Position numbers and translations under genes: made by a program. Shown here in pieces: positions 1 through 12,545 of a stretch of DNA of 64,000 bases. Source of the DNA: Octopus vulgaris (Eukaryota); contig OX597823.1 in assembly GCA_951406725.2 (NCBI GenBank), positions 112,654,001-112,718,000 of the forward strand. Direction: 5' to 3'. The notes under the pieces were generated by a model that was not told where the DNA came from, searched no databases, and worked only from the letters and a program-made list of their open reading frames with translations. Each line of letters opens with the position of its first letter. The first letter of the stretch is position 1.

Positions 1-269
1 AAATTTCAGGCCTCGTCTGTTCTGAGTTCAAATTCTGCCATGGTCAACTTTGACTTTCATCTTTTCAGAGTTGGTAAAATAAGTACCAGTTGAACACTAG
101 AGTCAGTGTAATTAACTTAACCCCTCTCCTAAAACTTCTGGCCTTGTGCCAAAATTTGAAATCATCATCATCATCATCATCATCGTCATTATTATTATCA
201 TTATTATTATTATTATTTGTAGTACCTTCTGTATGTATTTCTTCTTGTAAAATATTTTGCATGTTGACA

Positions 270-680
270 GGCGTAGGAGTGGCTGTGTGGTAAGTAGCTT
301 GCTTACGAACCACATGGTTTCGGGTTCAGTCCCACTGCATGGCACCTTGGGCAAGTGTCTTCTACTATAGCCTCATGCCGACCAAAGCCTTGTGAGTGGA
401 TTTGGTAAAGGGAAACTGAAAGAAGCCCGTCGTATATATGTATAAATATATATATATATATGTATGTGTGTGTATATGTTTGTGTATCTGTGTTTGTCCC
501 TCCAACATCGCTTGACGACCGATGCTGGTGTGTTTACGTCCTCGAAACTTAGCGGTTTAGCTAAAGAGGCTGATAGAATAAGTACTAGGCTTACAAAGAA
601 TAAGTCCTGGGGTCGATTTGCTCGACTAAATGCGGTGCTCCAGCATGGCCACAGTCAAATGACTGAAACAAGTACAAGAG
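270..680 (+). mobile_element. tRNA-derived SINE family A (about 400 bp, internal (TA)n(TG)n)
   Basis: A box TGGCTGTGTGG, B box GGGTTCAGTCC, CORE-like ccttgggcaagt, tail gtaaaagag. About 18 copies or fragments in the window. An inverted 3' fragment follows at 687-785. Confidence 0.9.
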
Positions 681-2617
681 TATGTTTACTCTTTACTCTT
701 TACTCTCTTTTACTTGTTTCAGTCAGTTGATTGCGGCCATGCTGGAGCACCGCCTTTAGTCGAGCAACTCGACCCCGGGACTTATGTTTGTTATGTTTCT
801 TTGTGTTTTTTTCGTATTCCCCTTTATTTTCTCCTTCTCTCTCTCTCTCTCTCCCTCTCTCTCTCTCTCTCCCAACAGTGTGCAAAACAAACGTACAGCG
901 ATGCACATCAGAACACATCAATATCAGTGGGGGCGATGGGGTTAGGTTGCAGCGGGTGTCGTCGGTGGCAGTGCAATCACAAAGTGAAAGCCATTATTTG
1001 CCTTACGCATACATTGTAGTATATTTCCTACATTTTCCTGTCCTGGAATTACCTTTCTCATCCTGTAGATGCTGCTGGAGAAAAGCGGTCCACAATTCCT
1101 ACCATTCTTCCTCTCTAGGTTCCTCCCCCTCCCCCCGCCTCCCACTATGCTTCATTCTTCTACTTCGTTCCTTTGTTTTAGTATTTATATTCCTTGTCGT
1201 TGTTTTGTTCCATTATTCTATCTTCCCTTCCTGTTTTTTTTTATTATTTTTACTTCTCTTTGTTTCTCTGTTTTCATTTGTTTCTTCATGTTTTTCTTTG
1301 ATTTCTTTTTCTATTTTTTTTTTTTTTGTAATTAGTTTATATGTCAGTTTTTATTTCGTGCTTCGGTGGGTTGAATTGTTCTTCAAATATGTATATTTGT
1401 GCACAGGTCTGTGGTGCATGTGTGTCGAAGAGTGATTGGATGTCTAAACCTCACCTTGATGTAACCATTCATCTGTGAAATGAACAGAAGTGCAATTTAA
1501 TTGTTTTATACTATTTTCTTTATTTACTTTTTCTTTGTGTTCCTTTACTTCCTGTCTTCCCAGAATCTGCGCTGACTGAACTATTTTAATTTCCTTCATT
1601 GCTGTAGCACCTTTCAGCAGAGAACCATGGGCATCAGAAATTCCTGTTCCCTTTTTTGAAAAATAATCTAAAGCTTTATTGACTGTTAAACAATGTTAGT
1701 GCAAATTTGAGAGAAGGAAACAACAGCCTTTCTGGTGGCACTCACCAATAATATCATAATATTTGTAAGGAATCTCATTTTGTGGTTCTGTAGCTTCCTG
1801 GTATCCAGTCACTGGTTCACTGTAGATCATGTGGTGGAAATAACAAGGGAGTGTCAGTGCAACTTGGATGAAATAAATACCACAAGGTATTTGTGTTGCA
1901 TGTAATTCTTAATTGAGAATTGCCTTGCTGATATCCACACACACACACACGTTCTCTCTCTCTGTCTCTCACTCTCTCTCTGTCTGTCTGTCTCTCTCTA
2001 TCTCACTCTTTCTCTCTCTGTCTCTGTCTGTCTGTCTCTGTCTCTCTCGCCCCCCTCTCTCTCTCCCCCTCCAAGCACGCTTTCTGTCTATGAAATGTTG
2101 CACACAAAGCATTACTTAGACTAAGGCTATGTTAGAAAGCCCTTGCCAAAGGTGCTGTGTAGTGTGTTTGAACCCAGAAACACAAGACTGCATAACAAAC
2201 TCTATAGCACCACAGCCATGCTTGGACTCTTGCAAAAGACGATTTGAGAGATCACCCCAATTGATTTTCTTTCCTGAAATGTTATGACCAATTCAAAGGT
2301 CCTGACATTTTTTCTGTCTATTTCTGAATGTCGTCCATGGATAAGACCGTCACACTGTGACTAACAGAATGTTGGAAGTATTCTGTTTCTCAGCGTTTAT
2401 TTATACTCTTCAGTTTCTTTTACTCTAAACTGACTCAAATATTTACTCCACTAAATCTTCCTTTTTACTTTCTACAATTACCTTTTTACATAATTACCTT
2501 TTTCCATAATTACCTTTTTACAATTACCTTTTTCCATAATAATGACTCTATTATCTCATGTTGCACACATACCAACAACTGAAGAAACCGACCAATTTTG
2601 GTTCTGAGTATGTCTTA

Positions 2618-3016
2618 TACTCTTTTACTCGATTACTTGTTTCAGTCATTTGACTGCGGCCATGCTGGAGCACAGCCTTTAGTCGAGCAAATCGACCCCA
2701 GGACTTATTCTTTGTAAGCCTAGTACTTATTCTATCTGTCTCTTTTGCCAAACTGCTAAGTTACAGGGACGTAAACACACCAGCATCAGTTGTCAAGCGA
2801 TATTGGGGGGACAAACACAGACACACTAACACACACACACACACCTATATATACAACAGGCTTCTTTCAGTTTCTGTCTACCAAATCCACTCACAAGGCT
2901 TTGGTTGGCCCGAGGCTATAGCAGAAGATGCTTACCCAAGATGCCATGCAGCGGGACTGAACCCAGAACCATGTGGTTGGTGAGCAAGCTACTTACCACA
3001 CAGCCACTCCTGCGCC
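2618..3016 (-). mobile_element. SINE family A
   Basis: Full-length reverse-complement match to 270-680. Confidence 0.9.
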
Positions 3017-3284
3017 TATGTGTATTTTATTGTGAATAGATTCTGTGACTTTATGCCTATCATATCATTAACTGCTTCAAAGAGTGTACTGGATGCAGTT
3101 AACCTCACTTCTTACTCTAGAGATGTTCTTCCCTGTATCAGTTCTTATTCAAAGTTGTTTCAGAGATGCGTAACCTGCAATGAAGTCTGCAAAGTCAGCA
3201 TCTCATTGATATGAAAATGAGAAAATCCTAAGCTACTGAATGGGAAACATATTGGTGATCTGACATGGGGTTACTATACAGATT

Positions 3285-3620
3285 CGGAATCAAAATCGCT
3301 CAAAAATCAATGGAAATTGTAGTTGTGATACCAGTGCCGGTGGCATGTAAAAGAACAATCCGAAAGTGGCCATTGCCAGCGCCGCCCCGATTGGCCTCCG
3401 TGCTGGTGGCACGTAAAAAGCACCAACTGATCGTGGCTGCCAGCCTCATCTGGCACCATGCCGGTGGCACGTAGAAAGCACCCACTACACTCACAGTGTG
3501 GTTGGCGTTAGGAAGGACATCCAGCTGTAGAAACACTGTCAGATCAGACTGGAGCCTGGTGCAGCCTCCTGGCTTCCCAGACCCCAGTTTAAGCGGACGT
3601 TAAACGATGACGATGATGAT
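3285..3620 (+). mobile_element. Retroposon family C (RTE 3'UTR-related, (GAT)n tail)
   Basis: gtggcacgtaaaaagcacc subrepeats, gttggcgttaggaagggcatccagctgtag, cggacgttaaacgatgatgat tail. Confidence 0.85.
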
Positions 3621-4103
3621 GATTCTGTCTGCTATGTCAGTAGAGGCAGCATGGTGAGGATTGCAAATGTATTCTTGGCACCTGAGAGTCAAGTTTTCTC
3701 CATAGCACTTACACAGAAGGGCACATTTATTAGTTCTTGAGTTGTGATGAACTAACAAGTTTGAGGGTGCTGCGTAAAAGGGTCTGTATAAAAGAGGCTG
3801 AGAAAGGAAGAGAATGGGATAGAGACAGGGAGGTAGAGAGGAGGTAGTTAACATAGTAATAATAAGAAAGCTGAGATATCAAATTTAAAATTCTCGTCTT
3901 TGTTCTGCAAATCATCTTTAAGTCCATGTTTGTCGAACAGATATAAGTTGGTTGCTCTCCTGCAACTTTAACTTGCTTCATTAGTTATACATGTGAGCCT
4001 GCTACTAACCTATATGCTCATGTGTCTATTTGTATGTATCTGTATAATGTGTGTGTGTGTGTCTCTGTGTCTCCCAGGACACACTGTAAAGTGGTTGGTG
4101 TTA

Positions 4104-4334
4104 GGTGGTGAGCTGGCTGAAATTTTAGCACGCCGGTCGAAATCCTTAGCAGTATTTCGTCTGCCGCTATGTTCTGAGTTCAGATTCCGCCGAGGTCGAC
4201 TTTGCTTTTCGTCCTTTCGGGGCCAATTAAATAAGTACCAGTTATGCACTAGGGGCGGTATAATCAGCTTAATCCGTTTGTCTGTCCTTGTTTGTCCTCT
4301 CTGTGTTTAGCCCCTTGTGGGTGGTAAAGAAATA
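4104..4334 (+). mobile_element. SINE family B (tRNA-like head, Meta-domain-like core)
   Basis: tggc.gaa..gttagc A box, gagttcaaattcc B box, central gtcgactttgcctttcatcctttcggggtcgataaa..aagtacc, tail agccccttgtggg..taaagaaata. Confidence 0.85.
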
Positions 4335-4649
4335 GGTTGGTGTTAGAAAGGGCATCCAACCATGGAAATGAAGCCCAGGCATTACTGGAGCCTGGTGCAG
4401 CTTCCCTGGTTTGCCAGCTCCTGTTAAACTATCCAACCCATGCCAGCATGACAAATGGACATTAAATGATGATGATGATGATGATTATGACAATGACGAT
4501 GCTTATGATGATGATGATGATGATGTTATAATCTTCACCATCATCATTTTATGTCTGCTTTCCATGCCAAAATGAGTTGGATGTGTGTGTGTGTGTATCG
4601 TGTGAAGCAAGGGAATGTAGAAATAATAGGTGGATAATTGAAAACATGG

Positions 4650-4687
<38 letters not shown>

Positions 4688-5410
4688 CATAGAGGAAGAT
4701 AGTCATTGAAAGAGAATGAGAGAGAGAGAGAGAGAGTTGTAGACACACAGGCAATCATGTTCAGAATGGCTGTGAGCTCTACTTGGATCTTTCTAATTGG
4801 CTTTGTGGCTAATCACCGGCTGAGTTAGATTGTAATGAACTTGGCATCAAGTGTGAAGCTGGAGATGTAAGGTGGTGCGATGTCATCACTGTACTTGGGC
4901 GTCAACTTTATGGCTTTCGGTGTCATCATCTATATTATATTTCCAAACTAATTATGACACAGCTCTGGTGTTCTTTCTGTATCTCAACTTAAATGGTTGT
5001 GTGTGAGCTGTATCAGTTCTTAAAAGTGTTCTCAGTCACTTTTCTCCTCGCTTTTACCTGCTTGTGTAATGTTTGATCTATATAGCCTTGCCTTGGGTTC
5101 GTCTGATCTTTTAAGTGTAAATTCAAGGGGTTTCTGAAGTTACAACTTGGATGTTTGGTTAACGGCTGTCTGTGATCATCTCACTTTAACTCTTTAGCAT
5201 TCAGATCGCTCTATGAAATGTAATACTAATTTATTTACATTGTTTTGAATTTACCTTGCATTATCTTGTAGCCTCGAGGTTTTCGTTATGTGTACTAGGC
5301 TTACAAAGAATAAGTCCTGGGGTCGATTTCTTCGACTGAAGGCAGTGCTCCAGCATGGCCACAGTCAAATGACTGAAACAAGTAAAAGGGTAAAAGATTA
5401 TTATTTTTAA

Positions 5411-5805
5411 GGCGGCAAGCTGGCAGAATCATTAGCACGCCGGGTGAAATGCTTAGCAGTATTTTGACTGTTGCTACGTTCTGAGTTCAGATTCTCTGAG
5501 GTCGACTTTGCCTTTCATCCTTTCGGGGTCGATTAAATAAGTACCAGTTACACACTGGGGTCGATATAATCGACTTAATCCATTTGTCTGTCCTTGTTTG
5601 TCCTCTCTGTGTTTAGCCCCTTGTGGGTAGTAAAGAAATAAGTATTTTAACTGTTGCTACATTCTGAGTTCAAATTCCGTCAAGGTCGACTTTACTTTTC
5701 ATCCTTTCAGGGTTGATAAATTAAGTACCAGTTAAACACTGGGGTCGATGTAATCAACTAGTCCCCTCCCCCAAAATTTTAGGCCTTGTGCCTATAGCAG
5801 AAAGG
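5411..5805 (+). mobile_element. SINE family B, dimeric form
   Basis: Full unit followed by a head-less second unit from 5642. Confidence 0.85.
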
Positions 5806-5837
<32 letters not shown>

Positions 5838-5890
5838 TGCTACTACTACTACTACTACTACTGAGTTCAAATTCCACTGACTTTGCTGCT

Positions 5891-6264
5891 TGTTTGTTTG
5901 TTTGTTGAGCGAAGTGGTCTTCGTCCCAGAGTGGGAGAAGTCTGAAACGTGGTCCTTTGCTATTCGTAAGACCTGCAGAAGAGAAAGCAGGTCAACTCCC
6001 GACACCGAGAGCATCGACGGATGGATGAATGCGCATCCAGGATCAGCGGTTGCGTAGGAAGTTGGGGACAAGAAACAGGAAGAAAGAGTGAGAGAAAGTT
6101 GCGGCAAAAGAGTACAACAGGGGTCGCCACCCCCCCCTGCCGGAGACTCATGGAGCTTTAGGTGTTTACACTCAATAAACGCACACAACGCCCGGTCTGG
6201 GAATCGAAACCGCGATCCTCCGACCGAGAGTCCGCTACCCTAACCACTGGGCCATTGCGCCTCC
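5891..6264 (-). mobile_element. tRNA-derived SINE family D with 15-bp TSD
   Basis: Reverse-complement head GGAGGCGCAATGGCCCAGTGGTTAGGG..GGTTTCGATTCCC and (AAAC)n tail. TSD actgactttg(c/t)tgct at 5876-5890 and 6265-6279. Confidence 0.88.
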
Positions 6265-6454
6265 ACTGACTTTGTTGCTCATCGTTATTCAATTGAAGAC
6301 ATGAAGTACCACTTGCAGATTGGGATGAGTTTAATCAACTAAACTCTTCCATCTAATTTTTAGTCCTGTGCTTATGTCAGAGATCAGTAACAGTAGGAAC
6401 AGAAGCAATGTAGCAGCAGTAGCAGTGATAGCGATGGTCGCAGTGGTGAGGTGA

Positions 6455-6500
<46 letters not shown>

Positions 6501-7031
6501 TTCATCATAGACAAGCATTTTTCCTGGTTTTTAAATACTTAAAAAATTTTGGGGGGAAATTTTTCCCTTAACCTGTTGTCATCCATATTATTTCATCTAT
6601 CATCACCTTCAACTACTCGCACACGTATGTACATCTGGGTGTTTATGTGTATGTATATATGTATCTCTGTGTATGTGCATGAATTTACATATATGTACAT
6701 GTACCCACACTTACACAATGTATATATATGTGTGTATATATCTGTATCTATCTATCTATCTATTGCTCTCTCTCTCTCTATATATATATATAGGTGGATA
6801 GATGATGTATATGCACATTCACCCACATATAAGTATATTTGTGTGTATATGTATATATATATGTTTTATGTATATATATAAATTTATATATGTGTGTGAG
6901 TGAATATATATATATTTACATTTATTTATATGTGTTTATGCATACACATACAAACACCTCTCCCTTTATATATATATGTGTGCGTGTGTATATATATATA
7001 TAAACATGTAAATGTATGTAGGTGTTTGTAT

Positions 7032-7082
<51 letters not shown>

Positions 7083-7858
7083 TTGCATATACACATGTAT
7101 ACACACACATAGAGACAAGCACATGTGTATAGGCACACACACACACGCACAAACACATTTGTGAATATATAATATAATTGTTTTGCTGCTATTTAATTAT
7201 TTCTTACCCCTACTTTCATATGGGTCTCCTAATTTATTTACACATATTTCTTTAACTATGTTCAGGTATGAACAGAAATATATTTCTTTCTCTTTTCATT
7301 CCTGTGTATATAGATATATGAGTGTATATATACATCTCTTTCTCTTTCTGTCCCTCTCCCTCCCTCCTACTCTGAATCATGTAATTTTAAAAAATTTCTC
7401 CATTTTCAATATGTGCAAGAGTATAGTTATTGATATGAAATATGTATATGTGTGTGTTTTGTGTATAAGTGACTGTGTATATGTATATATTCATAAATAA
7501 ATAAATAAATATATATATATATATATATATATTATTATTTTTGAGGGAATATTAATCCAAACTTACAGGGAAAAAAATTCAATTTAGAAATACTAAATCA
7601 AATTTCACACAATATAATATATATATATATATATATTAGATAAAAACCCCACCTTTTATCAATTCAAAATTTATGAATTGATGAAAGGTGTTTTTTAAAA
7701 AAATTATATATATATATATATACAATTATGGAAGGTTGATTTAAGAAACACACAAATTGTGTGTTTCTTAAATGGCTTAAAACACCTTCCACGCTGCAAT
7801 TGTTTTCGTTTCAGCACACGATCTCAGATCAAATTACTTGCTATGCGAGTACATCTCC

Positions 7859-7904
<46 letters not shown>

Positions 7905-7905
<1 letters not shown>

Positions 7906-8705
7906 AGGGAAACATGGGTGGCAGTGAAACATGGGCTGTGACTGCTGAGGACATGCATAAGCTTGCAAGGAATGAAGCCTGTATGCTCCGATGGATGTGT
8001 AATGTCAGTGTGCGTACTCAATAGAGTGTAAGTACCTTGAGAGAAAAGTTGGACCTAAGAAGCATCAGATGTGGTGTGCAAGAGAGACGACTGTGCTGGT
8101 ATGGTCATGTGGCAAGAATGGATGAGGATAGCTGTGTGAAAAAGTGCCACACCCTAGCGGTTGAGGGAACCTGTGGAAGAGGTAGACCCAGGAAGACCTG
8201 GGATGAAGTGGTGAAGCACGACCTTGAAACATTAGGCCTTGCCGAGGCAATGACCAGTGACTGAGACTTTTGGAAATATGCTGTGCTTGAGAAGACCCAG
8301 CAAGCCAAGTGAGACAATAACCTCATGGCCTATGCCAGGGGTGTAACCAGCACACTCATGCATACCTTTCCTTCTTTGGACATTAAACTCTGCTTGCGAA
8401 GACCTGTTGAGGCAAGTGAAATAGAAATCAAAATCAAATTCAGTGACTTGCATCAATGCTAGTGAAGCGCTAAGAGCACCATCCGAGTGTGATCATTGCC
8501 AGAGCAGCCAACTGGCTTATGTGCCGGTGGCACATAAAAAGCACCATTCAAGCACAATCGTTGACAGCATCGCCTTACTGGCACTTGTGCTGGTGGTACG
8601 TGAAAAAACAGTCAAGCAAGGTCGTTGCCAGTGCCGCCGGACTGGCTCCTGTGCAGGTGGCATGTAAAAACACCATTTGAGCATGGCCATTGCCAGTACC
8701 ACCTG
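7905..8705 (+). mobile_element. RTE-clade LINE 3' fragment (degenerate ORF2 C-terminus plus 3' UTR)
   Basis: GSETWAVT..EACMLRWMCNVS..LREKL..RRLCWYGHVARMDED..GRGRPRKTWDEVV, with stop codons. Continues into repeats shared with SINE family C. Confidence 0.88.
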
Positions 8706-9100
8706 AACGGATGCAACATTCCATTTTCGTCCTGGAAAAACAAAGTGTCAAAACACAGGACCTGGTATCAGTCCTGCTTCTCCTCAGTTCAAAGATTTGA
8801 GCAAAGTCAACTCCAACATCAGGACTAATTTGATGCAAGCAAGGAGGTAGGTTAGCAAAGTGCTGCTCCTCTATATGAAAACCTTACCTGTCATTGTGGT
8901 TTTGCAGCATGAAGCAAACATAATAAATGATCCACAAGCACCCAAGCAAACTGAGTCCTCAACTTGTTTCATTTGCCAAAAGTCTTACAAGGCACCAGCA
9001 GGGCTCAGCAGACACATCCGTACCCAAAGGACATGATTACTGCTTTATTTTACTGTACCCTCATTTCTCGTTCATGGCAAGAGAATTCATCTCACGTATT
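8706..9100 (+). mobile_element. Degenerate RTE/BovB-like LINE 3' end
   Basis: CNIPFSSW..RTWYQSC..VQRFEQ and a terminal C2H2-like CFICQKSYKAPAGLSRHIR. Confidence 0.65.
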
Positions 9101-9104
9101 ATGT

Positions 9105-9294
9105 AGGTGAGTGGCTGTGTGGTAAGTAGCTTGCTTATGAACTGCATGGTTCCGGGTTCAGTCCCACTGTGTGACACCTTGGGCATGTGTCTTCTACTAT
9201 AGCCTCGGGCTGACCAAAGCCTTGTGAGTGGATTTGGTAGACGGAAACTGAAAGAAGCCTGTCGTATGTATGTATATATATATATATGTACGTA

Positions 9295-9327
<33 letters not shown>

Positions 9328-9521
9328 CTGTGTTTATTCCCCCAAGATTGTTTGACAACCAATGCTGGTGTGTTTACATCCCCATAACTTAGCGGTTCGG
9401 CAAAACAGACCGATAGAATAAGTACTAAGCTTACAAAGAATAAGCCCTGGGGTCGTTTTGCTCGACTAAAGGCGGTGCTCCAGCATGGCCGCAGTCAAAT
9501 GACTGAAACAAGTAAAAGAGT
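9105..9521 (+). mobile_element. SINE family A
   Basis: Match to family A. Confidence 0.9.
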
Positions 9522-10156
9522 AACTGTTTTCCTCTTGAAGGACATTTGCTTATTCCAGTATGGTTATCCTGTATTTATTGTATAGATGAAAGGCACATAT
9601 CAGTTGAAAATTCTGAAAATATTCTTAGCAGAGTTATTGTGTAGCATAACAGGAAGTTGGAAAATTTATTGGCATTATTTATTCACCGCTACACATGTTT
9701 CGTTTACTAATAGGAATTACAAAGTTTTACACATTAGATAGACATATAATGAATTTCCTTTTAAGAAATTCTCCATGTGTGAGAAATGTCTAATAGAAAA
9801 TCCCTTAGATGTCTATCAAACATGTAAAACTTTATAATTCCTATTAGTAAGTGAAACATGTGTAATGGTGAATAGATAATACTAATAAATTTTTCAACTT
9901 CCTGTTTTGTATCTCTTTTCTTATATGTGTGTGTGCGTATGTGTGTGTGTATGTATTTGTATATATGCATGTGTGTGTGTGTGTGTAGTGAAAGGGGAAA
10001 GCTGGGTTTGCAATGTTTGCAGTCGTGTATGCTTGTCAAGAGCAGGGCTCATAAGCCATGAACAGAACCGCAAATGCAAAATATAGGTTAGTCCTAGAGC
10101 ACACAATGTTCCTGAAGGTCAGCAATGGTCTTCCTTGGTCACGAGTGGATGGCCAT

Positions 10157-10196
<40 letters not shown>

Positions 10197-10211
10197 ATAT
10201 TATCATCTTCA

Positions 10212-10593
10212 TCATCATTTAATGTCTGCTTTCCATGCTGGCATGGGTTGGATAGTTTGACAAGAGCTGGCTTGGCAGAAGACTGCACCAGGTTTCAATG
10301 TCCAGCGCATATATATTTGCCAGCTCTGTCTGGCCCCCGTGTTGGTGGCACGTAAAAGCACCATCCGTTCGTGGCCATTTGCCAGCTCTGTCTGGCACCT
10401 GTGTGGGTGGCACGTAAAAAGCACCCACTACACTCACGGAGTGGTTGGCGTTAGGAAAGGCATCCAGCCGTAGAAACACTGCCAGATCTGACTGGGCCTG
10501 ATGAAACCTTCCAGCTTCACAGACCCCAGTTGAACCGTCCAACCCATGCTAGCATGGAGAACGGACGCTAAATGATGATGATGATGATGATGA

Positions 10594-10597
<4 letters not shown>
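10212..10597 (+). mobile_element. Retroposon family C, plus an inverted 3' fragment at about 10205-10300
   Basis: Family C body 10310-10597. Its (GAT)n tail runs into the (TA)n that hosts the Naiad element. Confidence 0.82.
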
Positions 10598-10639
<42 letters not shown>

Positions 10640-10673
10640 ACTTTATTTAAAGCAGCAGAAAATTCAACAAAAT

Positions 10674-10711
10674 CTGTTACTCTGAGTTTCTCGTTGCCGT
10701 TCATCAGACAG
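10674..10711 (-). ncRNA. Minimal type I hammerhead ribozyme in inverted 5' pLTR
   Basis: Reverse complement reads ctgt-CTGATGA-a cg GCAA cg a-GAAA-ctcagag-TA-acag. Confidence 0.88.
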
Positions 10712-10859
10712 TTTTTGCTAGAATGGAACCGATATATCAATTCAATCCAGACTTTTACAAACGCTACACCTTTAAAAAAAAAAAAAAAAAAAAAAGCGCC
10801 TGATTTCGAATAGTGTCACAGACACATACAAAAAAGACAACACGAATATATACAAAGAG

Positions 10860-12545
10860 GTGAACTTAGAAGCAAGAGGAATAACTAACGATCTTAAGAT
10901 TAGTGATAGGATTGAATATCTTTCACCACGACCAGCTTTTATTACTCTGAAAGACCATAAAGCCAATTTTAATAGAAACCCCAAATGTAGATTGATAAAT
11001 CCGGCTAAAACTGAGATAGGAATTATTAGCAAAATTATTTTGGACCGTATTTTAACTAAGTTAGATAGTGAAGTAGACTTGATAATTTGGAAGAATAGTA
11101 AGTCAGTCATAGAGTGGTTTAAAGGTATTAGCTATAAGAATAATTGTAGTTTCACACAATTCGACATTATTGACTTTTACCCGTCAATATCTAGGACGTT
11201 GCTCCTAAGGGCATTGGACTTTGCCAAGCAGTATGTCAACATCGATAGCTCGGAAATTGATATTATTATGCATGCGAGGAAATCGCTTCTTTTTTTCGAG
11301 GATTCCACCTGGATTAAGAAGACTGAGGATTCTCTTTTCGATGTACCGATGGGGCTATACAACGGGGCTGAGTTATGTATGCTCATAGGAGCCTTTATTC
11401 TCCATAATCTAAAAATAGAATTCCCATTTATAGATGCAGGTTTATATAGGGATGACGGCCTTATAGCCACGCATAATCTAAATGGCCATGAATCAGATAG
11501 ACTTAGGAAGGACCTTATTGCTTTCTTTCAAAGGATGGGCTTACAGGTTACAATAGATGCTAACCTGAATAGTGTAGATTTTTTAGACGTAAATTTTAAT
11601 GTAAGGTCGGATAGATTTAAACCTCTCCGTAAGCCCAATGAAAAGCTATCGTATATTAGCAAAGATTCGAACCATCCACCAGTTATCCTTAAGAACTTAG
11701 TCAGCAATGTAGGTAGAAGAATATCTTCAATTTCTTCGGACGATTTCCATAATGCTGCACCTTATTACGATAGTGCATTAAAGAATAGTGGATTCTCTGA
11801 GAAGATCCAGTACAACCAGCTTAATGCTGGTAATAATGCTGCACGAAGAACTAGGACCAGGAAAGTTTTGTGGTTCAACCCGGCTTTCAATTTGGCTGTA
11901 AAGACTAATATAGGTAAGGAATTTTTGAGATTAGTCTCTAGGCATTTTAAGCAGGGTCATAAATTCTATAGGATATTTAATAGAAGAACTCTGAAGGTTA
12001 GCTATTCTTGTTGCAGAAATTTCGCCTCTTACATTAGCCAGCATAATAGGAATCTGATTGAGATTAGACATGGTGCCGAGCCCATTAAGAAATGCAATTG
12101 CAAAAACGAAAACTCCTGTCCGTTAGAAGGGAAATGTCTAGTGAAAGGAGTAGTTTATAGAGCCAAGGTGCAAATAGAAGGCTCATCGGAATACAAGACA
12201 TACACAGGGGCTTCAGAAAATTCATTTAAAACACGATTTTATTCACATAAAAATTCATTTAAATACCCAGAGAATAGGAAGAGGACCAGCCTAGCAAAAT
12301 ATGTCTGGGAACTAAAAGAAAAGGAAACCCCACCTTTCAACGTGACATGGAGCATTCTGGACAGAGCGGCACCATACAGGCATGGAGCACACAGAAATAA
12401 TTTTGAATGCAAACTTTGCCTATTAGAAAAACTGTACATTTTATTCAAAGACAATAATTCTTTGAATCAAAGAAGTGAGCTAATAAACTTATGTAGACAC
12501 GCAACCAAATTTAAAATGTCAAATATAAATATACCATTTGGATAG
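10860..12545 (+). CDS. Penelope-like (Naiad-type) reverse transcriptase - GIY-YIG endonuclease polyprotein, N-terminally truncated
   Basis: 561 aa ORF. RT motifs: FITLKDHK, CRLINP, FDIIDFYPSI, PMGLYNGAELC, GLYRDDGL, VDFLDVNF, SNHPP. Then a CNCx5CPLEGKC zinc knuckle, GIY-YIG-like VVYRAKV..YTGASENSFKTRFYSH and CKLCLLEK..LNQRSELINLCRH. The frame stays open upstream to 10797 (RLISNSVTDTYKK), so the GTG start is not the real start. Confidence 0.93.
   Translation: MNLEARGITNDLKISDRIEYLSPRPAFITLKDHKANFNRNPKCRLINPAKTEIGIISKIILDRILTKLDSEVDLIIWKNSKSVIEWFKGISYKNNCSFTQFDIIDFYPSISRTLLLRALDFAKQYVNIDSSEIDIIMHARKSLLFFEDSTWIKKTEDSLFDVPMGLYNGAELCMLIGAFILHNLKIEFPFIDAGLYRDDGLIATHNLNGHESDRLRKDLIAFFQRMGLQVTIDANLNSVDFLDVNFNVRSDRFKPLRKPNEKLSYISKDSNHPPVILKNLVSNVGRRISSISSDDFHNAAPYYDSALKNSGFSEKIQYNQLNAGNNAARRTRTRKVLWFNPAFNLAVKTNIGKEFLRLVSRHFKQGHKFYRIFNRRTLKVSYSCCRNFASYISQHNRNLIEIRHGAEPIKKCNCKNENSCPLEGKCLVKGVVYRAKVQIEGSSEYKTYTGASENSFKTRFYSHKNSFKYPENRKRTSLAKYVWELKEKETPPFNVTWSILDRAAPYRHGAHRNNFECKLCLLEKLYILFKDNNSLNQRSELINLCRHATKFKMSNINIPFG

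Noticed and set aside
731-1435. 234-aa hydrophobic ORF (and similar at 33492, 36485, 46225, 53059)
   Set aside because: Mosaics of SINE fragments and CT/T-rich low-complexity sequence.
1500-1640. Strong-looking splice acceptor cttcccAG at 1563
   Set aside because: Stops follow quickly and no matching donor or homology is seen. A non-coding exon cannot be excluded.
6190-6264. tRNA genes at SINE heads (also 270-340, 44918-44990)
   Set aside because: A and B boxes are present but there is no complete cloverleaf. They continue into SINE bodies with tails and TSDs.
10774-10795. Poly(A) run as a retroposon tail
   Set aside because: It is the expanded complement of the T-run at 13592-13598 inside the inverted pLTR.
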